From the NCBI GenBank assembly GCA_023920165.1, contig CP089278.1, positions 620,001 through 684,000 of the forward strand: a stretch of 64,000 nt of DNA, read 5' to 3'. Shown here in pieces: positions 61,305 to 64,000 of the stretch (the first letter of the stretch is position 1; every line of letters begins with the position of its first letter). Source of the DNA: Curvularia clavata. Taxonomy: Eukaryota. The notes below the pieces were generated by a model, which did not search any database, was not told the DNA's origin, and saw only the letters and a program-made list of their open reading frames with translations. The translations under genes were made by a program, and so were the position numbers.

Positions 61305-62356
61305 TCACCAGCTACCTGCATCGTACTCACCCTCCTCTAGTATGAATCCTGGTGTTGGTATTAGCATCTCGCCTCTCAGACCTCGCCAATGATTCGTCGA
61401 CTCGATAATCTCTGGACAACCCTTTAAAAGCCAAGCCCATCTATCCAGAAAAGGCTTGCTAACCTCCCAATTTTTCGGATCCCACGGTTCTCCCCAAACA
61501 ACAAGCCCGGTCCATTCGCTCTTACCACCTCCCGACTCCATAATGTCTTCGAAAAGCTGCTGCTCTTCCTCTGGCGACAAAAGTTTCACCGCCGTCAACA
61601 AGTTATCGCGCATCCTAGGAAGCGGAAATAGATCGAGCCACGGGTGATGTCTCATCGTGAGCTGCAACTTTGTTGGCATGAGGTTGCTCGGTATCGAAGG
61701 TGCTACCGACTCCACGTACGCTTTGTAGGTCGCAGGGTCACAACCAAATGGCGACACAGCCGCGCAGATGAGCCAGTCAAACTGGTAACCGAGGACGGCA
61801 GCGTTTTTTGTGAAACCATTAATGATGTTGAACTGGATGAGTTTGAGATAATGATCGGCGCATGGATGGCCTCTCATGTAGCGCTCTAGTGCTTGGTCCG
61901 CAAAGCGTTGCAGCATGGCCCGTCCCCGTACCGCATCTTCTTCTGAACAATGGCTGAAGGTCGAGGGAATGATGACCCTGCTAGAGGCGGTGGCTGCACC
62001 CAATGAAACTGCAGCAGGAGAAGTAGCTGTGCGAGATACAGAGTCGGACGAGTCGTCGTCTTCAGATCTGAGTTTCCATTTCTTCCTCTGTCGTGCTAGA
62101 TTTATTAACGAAGAAAATACGTCAGACTCGCTGGATCAGAAGCAACATAGAAACAGGAGTCATTTGGGGTATCAGAATTCATTGCGTTTCACTTACAAAC
62201 TCGCTTGTTCAATCTATTCTGTAGCCTTTTCCGCTCCTTCGGGTTCGTTATACCAGCCCAGTCTTCACCCGGTTGTCGTATATAGGCCACATGTCGCATT
62301 CGCTGCAACTCAACGCAGGGGGCATAAGATACACCGGGAGTACTGTGATGATCCAT
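61305..62356 (-). CDS. bZIP-like / DUF3425 transcription factor
   Basis: EDWAGITNPKERKRLQNRLNKRV|SRQRKK (intron 62196-62096). DUF3425 motifs IPSNLMPTKLQ, HHPWLDLFPLPRMRDNL, GLVVWGEPWD, WEVS..F..RWAWLL, TNHWR..RGE. Confidence 0.88.
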
Positions 62357-63033
62357 AGTGATGATAATGTTGGTGATGCTAAGGGTTAAAGACAGTCGCA
62401 GAGTGGGAACATGGCTGTACCTTTCCCCCGCCCGGACCAATTCCTCTGTGGTTAGACTGCTTGGCTGACCTACACCGTGACAAGGGTAATGGTTCAACAG
62501 CGCGCTAGACTAGGGTTCCTGGAAACTCTAATTCAAAGAGAATAGAATCGTTCCAATATTTGGTTGAACTGTTGTTAGCCCCAATCCTTGAGAGTACCTT
62601 CTGGGATTAGAGTAGAGGCGAATGGTCCTGCATTGGACACCTGAGCATGAGTGCGAGCAAGTTTGTACGCGCGCAATCCATAGCTAAACCGGATAACAAA
62701 CTCTACTTCTACTTATTTGGAAAATGAAAGCACAGAAACGGCTATGCGAAACGAACTCGAAGATGAATTCAGCACCACAATGACGTCATTTTCAGCTGAC
62801 GGCCTTAAGTAATCCGATCACTGCCTGCTTGCCCAGCTCCTCCAATGTACCGAAGCCAAGAAGTTGCAGAGCACTGAAATCGAAGCTCTGCGAATGGAGA
62901 GTCACCTTCTAGAAAGTACAGTCACCCCAGTACAGCCGAGTCCATACCTCAAACTGGCCATTCCAATCTGGCTGTTGAATTGACTGCATTTTAGAGAGTG
63001 ACCTATGCTTTATGTGCATGTCGGTTTACCATC

Positions 63034-64000
63034 CTAAGCCATGGCAGCCACCTGTCCACCACCCACTTTACGGAACTGCATATGGATTAGCACAACATCG
63101 CAGATATGACAAGATTGGATTGCACTTACACCAAGGAAGGGTGAGAGAAGGGCTGTCACACCGCTAGCAACGATGGTCATGATGTAAACATTCTTCATGG
63201 CGTCGACAATGGCATCCACAAGCCGAGCCTGAACTTCTCCGGAGAAGCCCTTCCACGCTGCGCTACTTGCCCCAGCAAGAATCACGCGCGGGTTCCCAGA
63301 GAAGTCCGACGGCAAGAGCGGAGCAATATGCCGAGCACCAACATTCTGAAAGACATTGCCGCTGAGCGATGGAAATAGGGTGATGCCAATGCATTGTATG
63401 AGACTGACGACACCGATCGCGTTGAAAGTTTCCTTGGGCTCGACAACGTCTGAGACGCATCCGAAGGCAGTAATCATGAAACAGCCTCCGCCAATACCCA
63501 GCAGGATGCTGTAACCGTAGATGGCCGAAACGCGTGTGTCGACTCTGACCGTGTACATGAGTGCACCTCCGATGACGGCTAGAATTGAGCCGACCAGAAA
63601 CCATGGCATGTAGTAGCCCCATTTGGAGATGAGATAGCCGTTGAGAATGGCAAAGGTGCAGATCATGATGACGAACGGTAGAAGTTTAATGGCTGCGTCC
63701 ACAGGAGACTCACCCCTGGCGAACTGGAAATAAAGTGGGAGGTAGTAGATCGGAATGTAGACGGCTGATGCTGCAGAGAAGGTGGCGACTTGCAAGATTC
63801 CCAACTTGAAGTTCCGCAGCAAGTGGCTTGGATAGAGTCGGTTTTCCGTCCCAATGAATGGGTGGAACTTGTGCGTCAGGACAAAAGCAATAGCAAGAAC
63901 AACCACGAACACCCAGAGGATGATCATGCTGTAGGAGTCCCACTCGAATAGTGTTCCGCCATAGGTAACCGCCATGAAAAACGAGACGCACCAGCCAGTC
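63034..64000 (-). CDS. MFS drug:H+ antiporter (14-TM type), 5' part outside the window
   Basis: YYLPLYFQFARGESPVDAAIKLLP, GYYMPWF, IYGYSILLGIGGG. 54-nt intron 63129-63076 near the 3' end. Confidence 0.9.
   Translation of the reverse strand, partial: TGWCVSFFMAVTYGGTLFEWDSYSMIILWVFVVVLAIAFVLTHKFHPFIGTENRLYPSHLLRNFKLGILQVATFSAASAVYIPIYYLPLYFQFARGESPVDAAIKLLPFVIMICTFAILNGYLISKWGYYMPWFLVGSILAVIGGALMYTVRVDTRVSAIYGYSILLGIGGGCFMITAFGCVSDVVEPKETFNAIGVVSLIQCIGITLFPSLSGNVFQNVGARHIAPLLPSDFSGNPRVILAGASSAAWKGFSGEVQARLVDAIVDAMKNVYIMTIVASGVTALLSPFLGVSAIQSCHICDVVLIHMQFRKVGGGQVAAMA

Noticed and set aside
1..64000. Numerous 60-200-aa antisense or alternate-frame ORFs overlapping the called genes
   Set aside because: Expected shadows of GC-balanced coding sequence; none has independent motifs or splice support.

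Overview
Gene-dense, intron-containing genomic DNA of a filamentous ascomycete. Gene content and style suggest a Dothideomycete (Pleosporales-like); this is inference. About 22 protein-coding genes can be modelled from ORFs plus GT..CTRAC..YAG introns: MED13 (5' partial), a small 3-exon gene, SWF1, RAP1, NSE2/MMS21, a mitochondrial 2-oxoglutarate/malate carrier, CAP1, two conserved hypotheticals, LSB5, a small membrane protein, a ~1,500-aa coiled-coil protein, an S10 carboxypeptidase, a DUF6536 protein, an ABM-like barrel protein, PRM10, an FAD monooxygenase, an F-box-like orphan, a BTB protein, COX15, and an NmrA / bZIP-DUF3425 / MFS group (MFS partial). The most striking item is absent from the ORF track: a 42-codon gene (22434-22562) with a probable 5'-UTR intron, encoding a Cys-rich peptide ending in CaaX (CTVM). 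It resembles an a-factor-type lipopeptide pheromone precursor but carries an unusual metallothionein-like Cys cluster. Also notable: a SPATA22-like OB-fold candidate, a Sme4/Zip1-like coiled-coil candidate, an HMG-box-like insert in Rap1, a 272-bp MITE-like inverted-repeat element, an 18-bp minisatellite and a decayed Zn2Cys6 regulator. No rRNA, tRNA or CRISPR array was recognised. All family assignments come from motif recognition by eye, not database searches.
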